From: an uncultured Acidobacteriaceae bacterium | GTDB lineage: Bacteria > Acidobacteriota > Terriglobia > Terriglobales > Acidobacteriaceae | Assembly (NCBI GenBank): GCA_963821995.1 | Contig: CAWGFZ010000001.1 | Coordinates: 183,897 to 247,896 of the forward strand | DNA: 64,000 nucleotides | Reading direction: 5' to 3' | Shown: in pieces, positions 19,287 to 28,947 of the stretch | Numbering within the stretch: the first letter of the stretch is position 1 | How the letters are laid out: each line of letters starts with the position of its first letter | The notes under the pieces: generated by a model | What the model saw: only the letters and a program-made list of their open reading frames with translations | What the model was told of the DNA's origin: nothing | Databases searched by the model: none | Position numbers and translations under genes: made by a program

Positions 19287-21083
19287 ATGAAAAAGGCGAT
19301 GGGTAGATTGCGCTTACGCACCAAGTTCCTCATCGCCATGTTGCTGACCTCGGCCGGCCTGACGGCGATGTCGCTGCTCATTGTGCAGCGTACGGTGGCC
19401 AACCATGTGCGCCGCGGCCTGAACAGTGACCTGGCCGACTCGGTTGCTACCTTTCGCAATCTGCAACGCGAGCGCGAAGCGGACTTGACGCGTCTGGCCG
19501 AGCTTATGGCCGACCTTCCAAGTCTGAAGGCGCTGATGACATCGCGTCACGCTCCCACAATTCAGGACGGATCGCGGGAGATGTTTCATCTTTCCGGTGG
19601 TGATCTCTTCGCCTTGCTGGATGCCAGAAACCAGCTTGTCGGTTTTCATACCAAGTCTCCCGGGATCTCGCGCGAGCAGGCACAGCAGTTGCTCGACGCT
19701 CGCGGCTCCATGGACGAGCCGCTGCAATGGTGGTTCGCTGGCGGACATCTCTATCAGGTGGTTCTAACCCCCATCTACTTCGGTCCTCGATCGGACAACG
19801 CCCTGCTGGGCCTGGTTGCGGTCGGATACGAAATGAACGCAGCGGTTGCCCGCCAGGTGAGCGAGGTGGCCGCGAGTCAGGTGGCAATTCTCAGCGGAGA
19901 TGCCGTCGTTGTCAGCACGCTGAGTTCGGAGCAGACGGCTGAGTTGAAGGCGCAACTGGCGAATGGGTCGGCGCCGGCAGGACCTGCAAACTGGAAGCTG
20001 GGGCAAGAAAGCTACGTCGTTTCCGCCTTGACGTTGAACCCCAATGAGTCGCCGCGTGTGACGATTATCGTTATGAAGTCTTACGATCAGGCGACTGCCT
20101 TCCTTCATGACCTGCGGCGTCTGTTGCTCGCCGTCGGCTTGGGGGCGGTGTTCGGTGGCAGCCTGCTCGTCTATTTCATCGCGGGTACCTTTACCCGCCC
20201 GCTTGAAAAGCTGGTGGACGGCGTACGAGCGTTGGGCGGCGGAGATTTTGGGTACCCCTTGCAGGCAACCGCGGCCGGAGAAGTCGCCCAGCTGACGGAA
20301 GCCTTCTCGCGCATGCGCGACAGCTTACGAATTGCACAGCAGCAACTGCTGGACGCGGAGCGGCTGGCCACAATCGGCAGGATGGCCAGTTCCATCTCGC
20401 ATGACCTGCGACATCCACTTACCGCGGTGCTGGCGAATGCTGAGTTCCTCGCCGAGGCCGAACTGACTCCGGCACAGCGCGAAGAGCTCTACCTGGAGAT
20501 TCGCGTTGGAGTTAACCGGCTGACGGACCTTGTCGATTCGCTGTTGGAGCTTTCGCGCCCGGCAGAATCTCTGAACGTGATAGAAACTCCGGTCGAGAGA
20601 ACCATCAGCCGCGCCATCGAACTGGTGCGCGCACATCGGCAGTTTCAGGAAATTGTGGTCGCAATCGAGTCGCCGGGACTGCACAGCGCGCAATTTGATC
20701 CTCGCAAAATGGAGCGCGTCTTCTACAACCTGCTGCTGAATGGCTGTCAGGCCGCGCAGCTCTGCGGCGGACATGTGGGGGTGACGGTCGCCGACCAGAA
20801 CGGCGATCTCGCGATTCGCGTGACCGATGACGGGCCGGGAGTAGAATCTTCCATCCGGGACAAGCTCTTTGAACCCTTTGTCAGCTATGGCAAGGAGAAT
20901 GGCACCGGACTAGGGCTGACGATCGCGCAGAAGATCGTGCAGGACCATAACGGCAGTCTGCACCTGGAAAGCTCGATTCCGGGAAGAACCGTCATGGAAA
21001 TCGTGTTGCCAAGGGTTTGCAGCAAGAAGGCCGCTGCAAGCGATCCGCATGTGGCCGACGCTTCGCAACACTTCACGGTTTAG
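19287..21083 (+). CDS. Sensor histidine kinase (two TM segments, large periplasmic domain, HAMP, HisKA, HATPase)
   Basis: 598 aa; H-box SSISHDLRHPL, N-box FYNLLLNGCQA, G-boxes DDGPGV and GTGLGLTIAQ. Starts 13 nt after the regulator gene. Confidence 0.9.
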   Translation: MKKAMGRLRLRTKFLIAMLLTSAGLTAMSLLIVQRTVANHVRRGLNSDLADSVATFRNLQREREADLTRLAELMADLPSLKALMTSRHAPTIQDGSREMFHLSGGDLFALLDARNQLVGFHTKSPGISREQAQQLLDARGSMDEPLQWWFAGGHLYQVVLTPIYFGPRSDNALLGLVAVGYEMNAAVARQVSEVAASQVAILSGDAVVVSTLSSEQTAELKAQLANGSAPAGPANWKLGQESYVVSALTLNPNESPRVTIIVMKSYDQATAFLHDLRRLLLAVGLGAVFGGSLLVYFIAGTFTRPLEKLVDGVRALGGGDFGYPLQATAAGEVAQLTEAFSRMRDSLRIAQQQLLDAERLATIGRMASSISHDLRHPLTAVLANAEFLAEAELTPAQREELYLEIRVGVNRLTDLVDSLLELSRPAESLNVIETPVERTISRAIELVRAHRQFQEIVVAIESPGLHSAQFDPRKMERVFYNLLLNGCQAAQLCGGHVGVTVADQNGDLAIRVTDDGPGVESSIRDKLFEPFVSYGKENGTGLGLTIAQKIVQDHNGSLHLESSIPGRTVMEIVLPRVCSKKAAASDPHVADASQHFTV

Positions 21084-21135
21084 GATATCTCGCCACTTCT
21101 CAGGGCCACGCAACGTGGTTGCAACGAGGTGCGAC

Positions 21136-22725
21136 ATGAAAGACATTCGCGGTCCTCAGTCCTTCCCGCGCGAGCGCAACTCCGGCATCTCTCCGGTCCG
21201 TGCGCTCGCTATTCTATGGCTTGGATTTACTCTCGGCTCGACCTGCGTGGCGCAGAATGCGCAGCAGAGTGGCGGCGATGCAGCTGCTCTACAGGAATTG
21301 CAGAAGCAGGTCGGCGAACTAAAAGACCTGGTGCTGCAACTTCAACAGCAGACGGTCGCCAGCCGGGCCGAAATCACTCGCCTGCGCGAAGAGATCGAAG
21401 CTCGCAGCGCCGCTGTATCCGCCTCCGAGGATGCTGTCATTGACCAGCAAGCTCCAGCGTACGGAGTTTCTACGACGGCGCAGTTGGAGCAGCGGTTGGG
21501 CCAGGTCGAGGAAGAGCAGCAACTGCTCTCGGGAAAAGTCGACGAGCAGTATCAAACCAAAGTAGAAAGCGCTTCCAAGTATCGAGTTCGGCTGTCGGGA
21601 ATTGTGCTCTTCAACCTGTTCGGCAACAGTGGTTCAGTCGACAACCAGGACGTGCCCACCTGGGCCCAACCAGCGGCTCCTGGCAGCTCCTCGGGCTCGG
21701 TCGGAGGGACGCTGCGGCAGTCGATCATCGGGCTTGAAGCTTTCGGTCCGGATATCTGGGGCGCACACACCAGCGCCAACGTCAACTTCGATTTTGGGGG
21801 AGGGTTTCCGGGAACCGACAACGGAGTGGACTCTGGATTAGTGCGGCTGCGCACGGCAGCAGTTCGTCTCGACTGGAAAGACACATCGGTGATTGCCGGG
21901 CAGGACCAGTTGTTCCTATCTCCGCTCAACCCTACTTCATTTGCCTCGCTGATTGTTCCGCCGTTGTCCTACGCAGGCAATCTGTGGGCATGGACACCAC
22001 AATTGCGTGTCGAGCATCGTTTCGCGCTCAGCCAGGATTCCAAGGTAACGCTGCAGGGGGCGCTTCTGGATCCGCTGACGGGAGAGCTACCGGCTGACGG
22101 TTATTACACCTGGTATCGAACTCCGACTGCCGGGGAACAGTCGCGCCAGCCCGCATACGCAGCGCGAGTTGCTTATTCCCATCGATTCGCAGGGCAGGAC
22201 TTCACCATCGGCGCGGGCGGATATTACAGCCGGCAAAATTGGGGTTATGACCGCATCGTCAACGGATGGGCGGGCACCATGGACATCAGCTTGCCGCTGG
22301 GCACGCGCTTCGCCTTGAGCAGCGCATTCTATCGGGGCGCTGCCATTGGAGGACTTGGTGCTGCGCTCGGACGCAGCATTCTCTTCGATGGCATGCTTTC
22401 AAGTCCCAACACCGAAGTTGTTCCGCTAAACACCGTCGGCGGCTGGGCCCAACTGAAGTTTCGCGCCACGCCAAAACTGGAGCTCAACGGCGCTTTTGGA
22501 CAGGACAGCCCGTTTGCCTCCGATGTCCGCTACTTCGGCGATCAGGTGAACAGTTACGCTGCGCCCGACTTCACCGCCAATCGCGGTGCGTTCGGAAACG
22601 TGATCTACCGGCCACGTTCTGATCTGCTGTTGTCAATGGAATATCGCCGCCTGCGCACCTTCACGATTTACGACAACAGCTATCAGGCTGGGCAACTGAA
22701 TATGTCCGTAGGGGTGTTGTTCTGA
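21136..22725 (+). CDS. Outer-membrane beta-barrel (porin-like) protein with N-terminal coiled coil
   Basis: Start at ATG 21136; signal peptide ...GSTCVAQ. Heptad-like segment LQELQKQVGELKDLVLQLQQQTVASRAEITRLREEIEA, then alternating beta-strand-like sequence ending NMSVGVLF (terminal aromatic residue). Confidence 0.6.
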   Translation: MKDIRGPQSFPRERNSGISPVRALAILWLGFTLGSTCVAQNAQQSGGDAAALQELQKQVGELKDLVLQLQQQTVASRAEITRLREEIEARSAAVSASEDAVIDQQAPAYGVSTTAQLEQRLGQVEEEQQLLSGKVDEQYQTKVESASKYRVRLSGIVLFNLFGNSGSVDNQDVPTWAQPAAPGSSSGSVGGTLRQSIIGLEAFGPDIWGAHTSANVNFDFGGGFPGTDNGVDSGLVRLRTAAVRLDWKDTSVIAGQDQLFLSPLNPTSFASLIVPPLSYAGNLWAWTPQLRVEHRFALSQDSKVTLQGALLDPLTGELPADGYYTWYRTPTAGEQSRQPAYAARVAYSHRFAGQDFTIGAGGYYSRQNWGYDRIVNGWAGTMDISLPLGTRFALSSAFYRGAAIGGLGAALGRSILFDGMLSSPNTEVVPLNTVGGWAQLKFRATPKLELNGAFGQDSPFASDVRYFGDQVNSYAAPDFTANRGAFGNVIYRPRSDLLLSMEYRRLRTFTIYDNSYQAGQLNMSVGVLF

Positions 22726-22760
22726 AAACCGAAAAGACGATCTTCGGGATCTGGGCTTCG

Positions 22761-23459
22761 GTGTTCTTAATTGTGTGCTGTCTGGCTGCGGTCGTACTCT
22801 GCGCCGCAGAGGAGGTAACGGTTACAGGCAAGGTGATTGCCGCAGGCAGCGCCAGTGCCACCGTAGCTCCCAGCGTAGTCTGGTTGGCGCCGGTTGGCTC
22901 GGCGGCCAATTCCACGCCGCTCCCCCCCATGCATGGCGTTTTGACGCAAAGAAATAAGACCTTCGAACCCCACCTGCTGGTGGTCACGCGCGGCTCGACC
23001 GTTGATTTTCCCAACCGCGATCCGTGGTTCCACAACGTTTTCTCGCTGTTCAACGGCAAGCGATTCGACTTGGGACTCTACGAGGCCGGTACCTCGCGTA
23101 CCGTGCATTTCGATCGCGAAGGCATTTCGTTCATCTTCTGCAACATTCATCCCGAGATGAGCGCAATTGTGGTGGTGCTCGGAAGTCCGTATTTCGCGAC
23201 GACGAATAAGGAGGGCGAGTTCTCGATCGCAGGCGTCCCAACCGGGCGATATGTGCTGCACGTGTGGAATGAGAACGCGTTGCCTGCGGCGTTGCAGGGG
23301 CTATCCCGCGAGGTTCACATCAGCGACAGCGACCCACATTGGTTGGGGACGATTCAGCTGCAGCTGACCAGAGCTGCCTCCGCCCCGCACAAAAACAAGT
23401 ATGGGCAAGACTACGAACCACCCTCGCCGAACAATCCGGTGTATGTGCAACCGCAATGA
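22761..23459 (+). CDS. Exported cupredoxin-like plus carboxypeptidase-regulatory-like domain protein
   Basis: 232 aa, GTG start. F.PH..VV..GSTVDFPN.D..FHNVFS...G..FDLG.Y..G......F...G...IFCNIHP.M.A.VVV resembles the plastocyanin-like family often annotated 'methylamine utilisation protein' (by recall). C-terminal NKEGEFSIAGVPTGRYVLHVW. Confidence 0.55.
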   Translation: MFLIVCCLAAVVLCAAEEVTVTGKVIAAGSASATVAPSVVWLAPVGSAANSTPLPPMHGVLTQRNKTFEPHLLVVTRGSTVDFPNRDPWFHNVFSLFNGKRFDLGLYEAGTSRTVHFDREGISFIFCNIHPEMSAIVVVLGSPYFATTNKEGEFSIAGVPTGRYVLHVWNENALPAALQGLSREVHISDSDPHWLGTIQLQLTRAASAPHKNKYGQDYEPPSPNNPVYVQPQ

Positions 23460-23524
23460 TCTATTGAGAGTTGCAAATTATAGTGACGTGGCGTGGTTGC
23501 CCGACGCCGGTCGCGTTTCGAATT

Positions 23525-23595
23525 GGCATCACGAGCGCCTCGCCTTTGGGTGCGAGGGATCTGCTTTCCCGACTTTTCAGCGGCCTGTTAAGTCG
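23525..23595. repeat. TCATCACGAG..GAGGGATCTGC intergenic repeat module
   Basis: GGCATCACGAGCGCCTCGCCTTTGGGTGCGAGGGATCTGCTTTCCCGACTTTTCAGCGGCCTGTTAAGTCG is colinear with 33794-33860 and 50230-50295. Confidence 0.75.
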
Positions 23596-23633
23596 TAATC
23601 ATCAATATTCGGGTTGTTATCATCGTGCCGACC

Positions 23634-23942
23634 ATGGACAAACACCATTACTACTTCAAGCTCATCCCCCCTCGGGCGACTTTTCCTCACGACATAACTG
23701 ACGAAGAGCGCGAACTGATGGACAAGCACAGCGACTACTTCAAGCAGCAGTTTGAGGCAGGCAAGCTTCTTCTCTATGGTCCGGTAATGGCGCCCGAAGG
23801 AGCCTTCGGTCTAGGAATCCTCGAGGTTGCCGACGAGAGTGAGGCCCGGCAATTCGGTGAGCAAGATCCTTCTGTCCGCGCCGGACTGAATCGTTTCACG
23901 ATCTGTCGCATGAGTGTGGCTGGGGCTCGCGCCAAGAGCTAA
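23634..23942 (+). CDS. YciI-like family protein
   Basis: About 102 aa; HYYFKLIPPR......T.EE...M..H..YF...F..GK.LL.GPV......G..ILEV....EA..F...DP is typical of the YciI/DGPF superfamily. An alternative GTG start lies at 23625. Confidence 0.6.
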   Translation: MDKHHYYFKLIPPRATFPHDITDEERELMDKHSDYFKQQFEAGKLLLYGPVMAPEGAFGLGILEVADESEARQFGEQDPSVRAGLNRFTICRMSVAGARAKS

Positions 23943-24004
23943 GGGCGACGGACTGACTCCTATCCAGCCGTTCTCGCCCCTAAACTTGAAATACGAAACT
24001 GTGG

Positions 24005-25369
24005 CTACGATCCTGGCGGTGGCGGAGTTGTGTCCGAACTGCCGCCCGTCCCCGGTGCGGGTTCCTCAGGCGGCCTTTCGCGCTGCGGCGGCAAGGGATA
24101 GTATCCGTGTTTTGCAAATACCTGCAGCCCCGGGCGCTTCACACGCACTTCGATGTCGCGGTAGTTGCTGGATGGCTGCTGCGCGGTGTTGTAGCCCAAG
24201 GTGTACTGATTGCGAGCCTCCAGGGTGATGCGCTGATAAGCGCTCTCGATCGCTTCCTTAGAGAATTCATTCAGCACGTCACCGCCGGTCGCATTGGCGT
24301 AACGCTTCAGAATGTCGCTGTACCCGAATCCGGGGATGTGTGCTTTGGAAATCTTGCCGTAGAGCGGCATAGCCGCTGTGTCGACGCCGATGGCGTAAAC
24401 CGTTATGCCGTCGGTCAGGAGCACCTTCAGCACCTGAGCATAGCTGGCCCGGCTGCCATATTCCTGACCGTCACTGATGATGAAGATAATCTTGCGGCTG
24501 GTCGGCGAGCGATGTGCCAGGTCCTGTGCTGCCATCAGAATGGCATCGTTCAAGACGTGATATTCCGGGGTGGGCGTTTGTACCTGCACTGCCCCGGTGA
24601 TCGGTTTACTGTTCGTAGCTGGTCCCGCTCCGAACGGGCCGCCCACTACAGAGGCGCCAGCGTTAGCCCCAGTATCATCCCGTATACGGTGCAATGCGAG
24701 CTCCATGCGAGTGGCATCGCCGAAATCCTGACGTTTGTTGACGGTGTTTCCGTAGGTGTAGACAGCCACTTCGTCGAAGGGACCGAAGGCGCCGCCGAGC
24801 GCGCTGAACGTCTGGTTCACCTTGCGCAGAGCCGGATCAGGTAAGCCCTGATCGACGATCAACGCTGCCGACAGCGGAAATGGATCGCTGGTGAAGAAGG
24901 TGAGTTTCTGCTTTACGCCGTCTTCATAGATGCTAAAGTCCTTCGCGAGCAGCCCGTCGATCATCTTGCCGTCGCTGTCTTTGACAGTGACGGGAACAGT
25001 CACAAAGCTGACGGTTTTGGTCAGGGTCAGAAGTTCGTCGCGTCCAGTTTCGCGGGCTGGGACGCTGCCCGGCGGCACCGTCTTGATTTCCTGCGAGCCG
25101 GGAGGAGGCGGGTTAACCGGTCCCGGAGCGGATTGCTGATTGTTGGGGGGAGTATTTGGCGGCTGCTCCGGGTTTCCACTGGACGAGGAACTCCCCTGGT
25201 TTTCGCCGCCGGCGGGCGGAACGTTGGCGTCCGGCGCCGGAGCATTGTTCTGCGGGATTGGCGCCTCAGGGAGCTTTTGCTCCTGAGACAGGGCTGAAGC
25301 GGCGGTCAGGGTGAGGCCCACCGCGAGTACGGCCGCTCTCATGCGGAAACGCAAGGAAACAGGAAACAT
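24005..25369 (-). CDS. VWA-domain protein (TIGR03436 'VWFA-related acidobacterial' type), exported
   Basis: Start at ATG 25369; signal peptide; Pro/Gln/Asn-rich linker. Then VTV.D..GK...GL.K.DF.IYEDG..Q....F, a VWA core (IIFIISDGQEYGS), and a C-terminal YRDIEVRVKRPGLQV..K.GYY. Family by recall. Confidence 0.7.
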   Translation of the reverse strand: MFPVSLRFRMRAAVLAVGLTLTAASALSQEQKLPEAPIPQNNAPAPDANVPPAGGENQGSSSSSGNPEQPPNTPPNNQQSAPGPVNPPPPGSQEIKTVPPGSVPARETGRDELLTLTKTVSFVTVPVTVKDSDGKMIDGLLAKDFSIYEDGVKQKLTFFTSDPFPLSAALIVDQGLPDPALRKVNQTFSALGGAFGPFDEVAVYTYGNTVNKRQDFGDATRMELALHRIRDDTGANAGASVVGGPFGAGPATNSKPITGAVQVQTPTPEYHVLNDAILMAAQDLAHRSPTSRKIIFIISDGQEYGSRASYAQVLKVLLTDGITVYAIGVDTAAMPLYGKISKAHIPGFGYSDILKRYANATGGDVLNEFSKEAIESAYQRITLEARNQYTLGYNTAQQPSSNYRDIEVRVKRPGLQVFAKHGYYPLPPQRERPPEEPAPGTGGSSDTTPPPPGS

Positions 25370-25490
25370 GACTGTGTTTAGTTGTATCGTTGCCGAAACT
25401 CTGCACAGTATAACCTCAGCCGGGCCAATTGGCACTTCTTCGCGCATTTGTCGGCGGTGCAATAGAATGAACATACATAAGAGAGAGATT

Positions 25491-26525
25491 ATGCCGTCCC
25501 ATCCCTTCCGCCACTTTCTGACCGCTATGTGTCTGCTCCTGGGTAGCTGCCTGGTAACGAGCGCGCAGCAACAGAATCCGCCGGTCTCACCTCCCAGCCA
25601 GGATCAGCAGTCGCAATCCTCCGACCAGGACTCTTTGCAGACGTTCAAGGCCGAGGTCAACGTCGTCAACCTGTTCTTCAACGTGAAGGACAAGCATGGC
25701 ATGTTGATACCGAACCTGACGAAGGACGATTTCGAGGTGCTGGAAGACGGCAAGCCGCAAACCGTCAAGTACTTTTCGGCGGACTCCGATCAGCCGCTGA
25801 CGCTGGGCATCATGATCGACACCAGCGCCAGCCAAACGCGCGTGCTGGACATTGAACAGCAGTCGTGTGCGCAATTTCTGCGCGAGGTGCTGCGCAATAA
25901 GGACCTGGCTTTCGTCATCAATTTCGATGTCGATGTCGATCTGGATCAGGATTTCACCAACAACGTTCACGACCTGACGCGCGCGCTCAACAAGATGCAG
26001 ATCAATGCCGGCATCGGGGGTGGACCGCCGGGACTGGGCGGCGGCCCGATTCCCACCACCCCGCGCGGCACTTTGTTGTATGACGCGATCTACCTTGGCG
26101 CGGACGAGAAGCTGAAGAACGAGGTCGGCCGCAAAGCAATGATCGTCTTTACCGACGGCGAAGACCAGGGCAGCCGTCTGCGCATACAGGACGCTATCGA
26201 GGCGGCACAAAAGGCAGACACGATCTGTTATGTCATCCTGATTGCAGACCGTGGGTTCTACGGCTTTGGTGGCTATAGCGGAGACTCGGAGATGCGCAAG
26301 TTAGCCGAGGCCACAGGCGGGCGCGTCATCGAAGTGGGTAACAAGCAGGATAAGCTGAGGCAGGCGTTCGACCAGATTCAAAACGAGCTGCGCAGCCAGT
26401 ACAATATTGGATACACGCCCACCAACCATAAGCTCGACGGCAGCTATCGCAAGATCCAGATCAAGACGAAAGGTGACTACAAGGTGCAGGCCCGCCAAGG
26501 CTACTACGCGCTGGCCAGGGAATGA
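25491..26525 (+). CDS. VWA-domain protein (TIGR03436 type), exported; divergent paralog of 24005-25369
   Basis: Start at ATG 25491; signal peptide ...LVTSAQQQ. VNVVNLFFNVKDKHG..IPNLTKDDFEVLEDGKPQ, MIVFTDGEDQGS, and a C-terminal YRKIQIKTKGDYKVQARQGYYA. Confidence 0.7.
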   Translation: MPSHPFRHFLTAMCLLLGSCLVTSAQQQNPPVSPPSQDQQSQSSDQDSLQTFKAEVNVVNLFFNVKDKHGMLIPNLTKDDFEVLEDGKPQTVKYFSADSDQPLTLGIMIDTSASQTRVLDIEQQSCAQFLREVLRNKDLAFVINFDVDVDLDQDFTNNVHDLTRALNKMQINAGIGGGPPGLGGGPIPTTPRGTLLYDAIYLGADEKLKNEVGRKAMIVFTDGEDQGSRLRIQDAIEAAQKADTICYVILIADRGFYGFGGYSGDSEMRKLAEATGGRVIEVGNKQDKLRQAFDQIQNELRSQYNIGYTPTNHKLDGSYRKIQIKTKGDYKVQARQGYYALARE

Positions 26526-26528
26526 AGT

Positions 26529-27029
26529 TTAGCGGTCAGCGGATGCTTCATCGGCGACGCTGGTTTCTGATTCTTCCAATCGCCGGCGAAGATAACTCCA
26601 GTCCGCCCGAAATTTGCTGCGCTCGGCCCGCGCTTCGCGCTCGGCCTGCTGTTCGGCAAATCCTGCCCTCCACCAGAGAAAAATCGACAGCGCGGCGAAG
26701 ATCAGACACAGATAGACGCTGGGGTATCCAAGATAGGCGCTAAACGCCGCCAGGCACATCACCAGCCATGAGCCCAAATAGCGCCGGTAGCGCAATTCTG
26801 CGCGCGATTTCAGTTCCTGCAGCTGGTTCCACTCCCAGAGTTGCGCTTTGACCATCTCCATTTGGAGGCGCTCGGCGTCGTCGGCATCCAATGGAATTGG
26901 CGCGGTGAGATCGCCGGTGTCAGACGAGAGCACAAGCGCGACGCCGTTCAAACGAAGTTCGAAGCCGCGAATCTCGGTACGTACCTGCTCGTCAATAAAC
27001 GCCCCTCGGACTAAAGCAGCTTCAGTCAC
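26529..27029 (-). CDS. Membrane protein of unknown function
   Basis: 166 aa; two adjacent TM helices (WLVMCLAAFSAYLGYPSVYLCLIFAALSIFLWW). Its start overlaps the aspS stop by 4 nt, suggesting translational coupling. Confidence 0.45.
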   Translation of the reverse strand: MTEAALVRGAFIDEQVRTEIRGFELRLNGVALVLSSDTGDLTAPIPLDADDAERLQMEMVKAQLWEWNQLQELKSRAELRYRRYLGSWLVMCLAAFSAYLGYPSVYLCLIFAALSIFLWWRAGFAEQQAEREARAERSKFRADWSYLRRRLEESETSVADEASADR

Positions 27030-28831
27030 AGGTCCTTCTTTCCCACCACCGCGATGCCCAGCTCTTTCAACTGCCGCTCGTTGACCGGAGTCGGGGCATC
27101 GACCATCAGGTCAACCGCTTTCGCTGTCTTGGGAAACGGGATCACTTCGCGCAGGCTTTCCGCGTCAGCCAGGATCATCACGATACGGTCGAGCCCCAGG
27201 GCGATTCCGCCGTGCGGCGGTGTGCCATATTGCAGCGCTTCCAGGAAAAAGCCGAAGCGTGCCTGCTGCTCTTCCGGCGACATCCCCAGCGCTTTGAAGA
27301 TCTTCGCCTGGATGTCCTGGCGGTGAATCCGGATCGAGCCGGAGCCCAGCTCAGTCCCATTCAACACCACGTCATAAGCGAGCGCGCGCACCGCTCCGGG
27401 ATCGCCTTCCAGCTTGTCCATGTCCTGCTCATGCGGCGAGGTAAACGGATGGTGCGCGGCATTCCAGCGCTGCTCCGTCTCATCCCACTCGAACATCGGG
27501 AAATCCGTAACCCAGAGCAATCGGAAGTTGCCGTGTTGGAACGCGCCATGTCGGTCCGCATACTTGTGTCCGAGCGCGAGACGCAGTTGCCCGGCGGCGG
27601 AGTAGATTGCATACGCCTGCTGGCGAGCTTTGATGGCGCTCGCGGCTTCACCGCGCTTCGCGCCCGCGACTACTACTACCAGGTCCTCGGCGGCCGGCTT
27701 CGCCAGTTCGCGGATCTTCGCGGCCGCGTCCGGGAACGACTTCTCCAGGCGCTTCATGTCTTCGAACACCTTGGCGTCTTTGCGCTCTCCGAAGGTGCTC
27801 TTGATTTCGTCCCGCTGTTTGCGCGACAACTCCCCAACGTTCGGAATGACAATCGCGACCACGGGCAGTTCGGGATCAATGTTCAAGCTTTCGAGGTTCT
27901 CGGGCGCAAACGCCTCGCGGACATCAGTCATCGCCGGCAGCCGCAAATCGGGCTTGTCGATGCCGTACAGACGGATTGCCTGGTCGTAGCCCATTTGCGG
28001 AAACGGCGTCTGGAGATCGACACCGATAGTCGTGAACGCCGCTTTAAGAAAACCTTCAACGACTGCGAAAACCGTTTCCGGCCGCGGAAAACTCATCTCC
28101 AGATCGATTTGCGTGAACTCCGGTTGGCGGTCGGCGCGCAGGTCTTCATCGCGGAAGCAACGCACGATCTGGAAATATTTGTCGAAGCCCGAGATCATCA
28201 GGATCTGCTTGAACAGTTGCGGCGACTGCGGCAGGGCGTAAAACTCGCCGGGATACACCCGGCTGGGCACAAGATAATCGCGCGCGCCCTCAGGCGTGGA
28301 GCGCGTCATGAACGGCGTCTCGATTTCGTAGAAGCCCTGCGAGTTCAGGTACTCGCGGATGGCGATGGCGACGTTGTGCCGCAGTTGGATGTTGCGATGC
28401 ATCTCCGGCCGCCGCAGATCGATATAGCGGTATTTGAGCCGCACTTCCTCATTCGCCAGCACGGTGTCGGCAGGCGAGAACGGCAGCGGCTTGCAGTCAT
28501 TGAGCAGGCGCAGCTCGTCCGCAACCACTTCGATTTCGCCGGTGGGAATGTTCTTGTTGATGGTGCCGGGGTCGCGCAGTTTAACGTGCCCGATTACGGC
28601 AAGCACAAATTCGGAGCGCATTTCAGTGGCTTTGTCATGAGCTGCGCCCGCGTCGGCGGTGACGACAACTTGCGTGATGCCGGTGCGATCACGCACGTCG
28701 AGGAAGATGAGGTTGCCGAGATCGCGCCGCCGGTTCACCCAGCCCATCAGAACAACTTTGGAGCCGGCATCGGCGGCGCGCAGCTCGCCACACATATGAG
28801 TTCGTTTCAAATCACCTAAGAAGTCGAGCAT
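27026..28831 (-). CDS. aspS: Aspartate--tRNA ligase
   Basis: GWVNRRRDLGNLIFLDVRDRTG (OB anticodon-binding domain), FYALPQSPQLFKQ, class II motifs (FRDEDLRADRQPEFTQ.D.EMSF; GGIALGLDR). Start taken at ATG 28831 (MLDFLGDLKRTHMCGELR) rather than the TTG at 28852. Confidence 0.95.
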   Translation of the reverse strand: MLDFLGDLKRTHMCGELRAADAGSKVVLMGWVNRRRDLGNLIFLDVRDRTGITQVVVTADAGAAHDKATEMRSEFVLAVIGHVKLRDPGTINKNIPTGEIEVVADELRLLNDCKPLPFSPADTVLANEEVRLKYRYIDLRRPEMHRNIQLRHNVAIAIREYLNSQGFYEIETPFMTRSTPEGARDYLVPSRVYPGEFYALPQSPQLFKQILMISGFDKYFQIVRCFRDEDLRADRQPEFTQIDLEMSFPRPETVFAVVEGFLKAAFTTIGVDLQTPFPQMGYDQAIRLYGIDKPDLRLPAMTDVREAFAPENLESLNIDPELPVVAIVIPNVGELSRKQRDEIKSTFGERKDAKVFEDMKRLEKSFPDAAAKIRELAKPAAEDLVVVVAGAKRGEAASAIKARQQAYAIYSAAGQLRLALGHKYADRHGAFQHGNFRLLWVTDFPMFEWDETEQRWNAAHHPFTSPHEQDMDKLEGDPGAVRALAYDVVLNGTELGSGSIRIHRQDIQAKIFKALGMSPEEQQARFGFFLEALQYGTPPHGGIALGLDRIVMILADAESLREVIPFPKTAKAVDLMVDAPTPVNERQLKELGIAVVGKKDL

Positions 28832-28844
28832 GATGTCCGTTCTA

Positions 28845-28945
28845 GTCAGCAATTAGCAATTAGCAATTAGCAGTTGGCAATTAGCTAAAGCACGCCGCTC
28901 AGACGGTGCCTGGCTAGATGCCAAGTGCTAATTGCTAAGTGCTTC
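28845..28945. repeat. Heptamer-tandem palindromic element in the hisS-aspS spacer
   Basis: (AATTAGC)x3-AGTTGGC-AATTAGC at 28851-28885 faces the complementary GCCAAGT-GCTAATT-GCTAAGT at 28920-42. Arms 28856-28878 and 28920-28942 pair at 21/23 positions around a 41-nt loop. Confidence 0.8.
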
Positions 28946-28947
28946 TG

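Noticed and set aside
28845-28945. Short tandem arrays (here and at 30226-30318 and 50036-50133) considered as a CRISPR array
   Set aside because: The period is 7 nt with no spacers, there are no cas genes, and the arrays occur as inverted arms. This is not CRISPR architecture.
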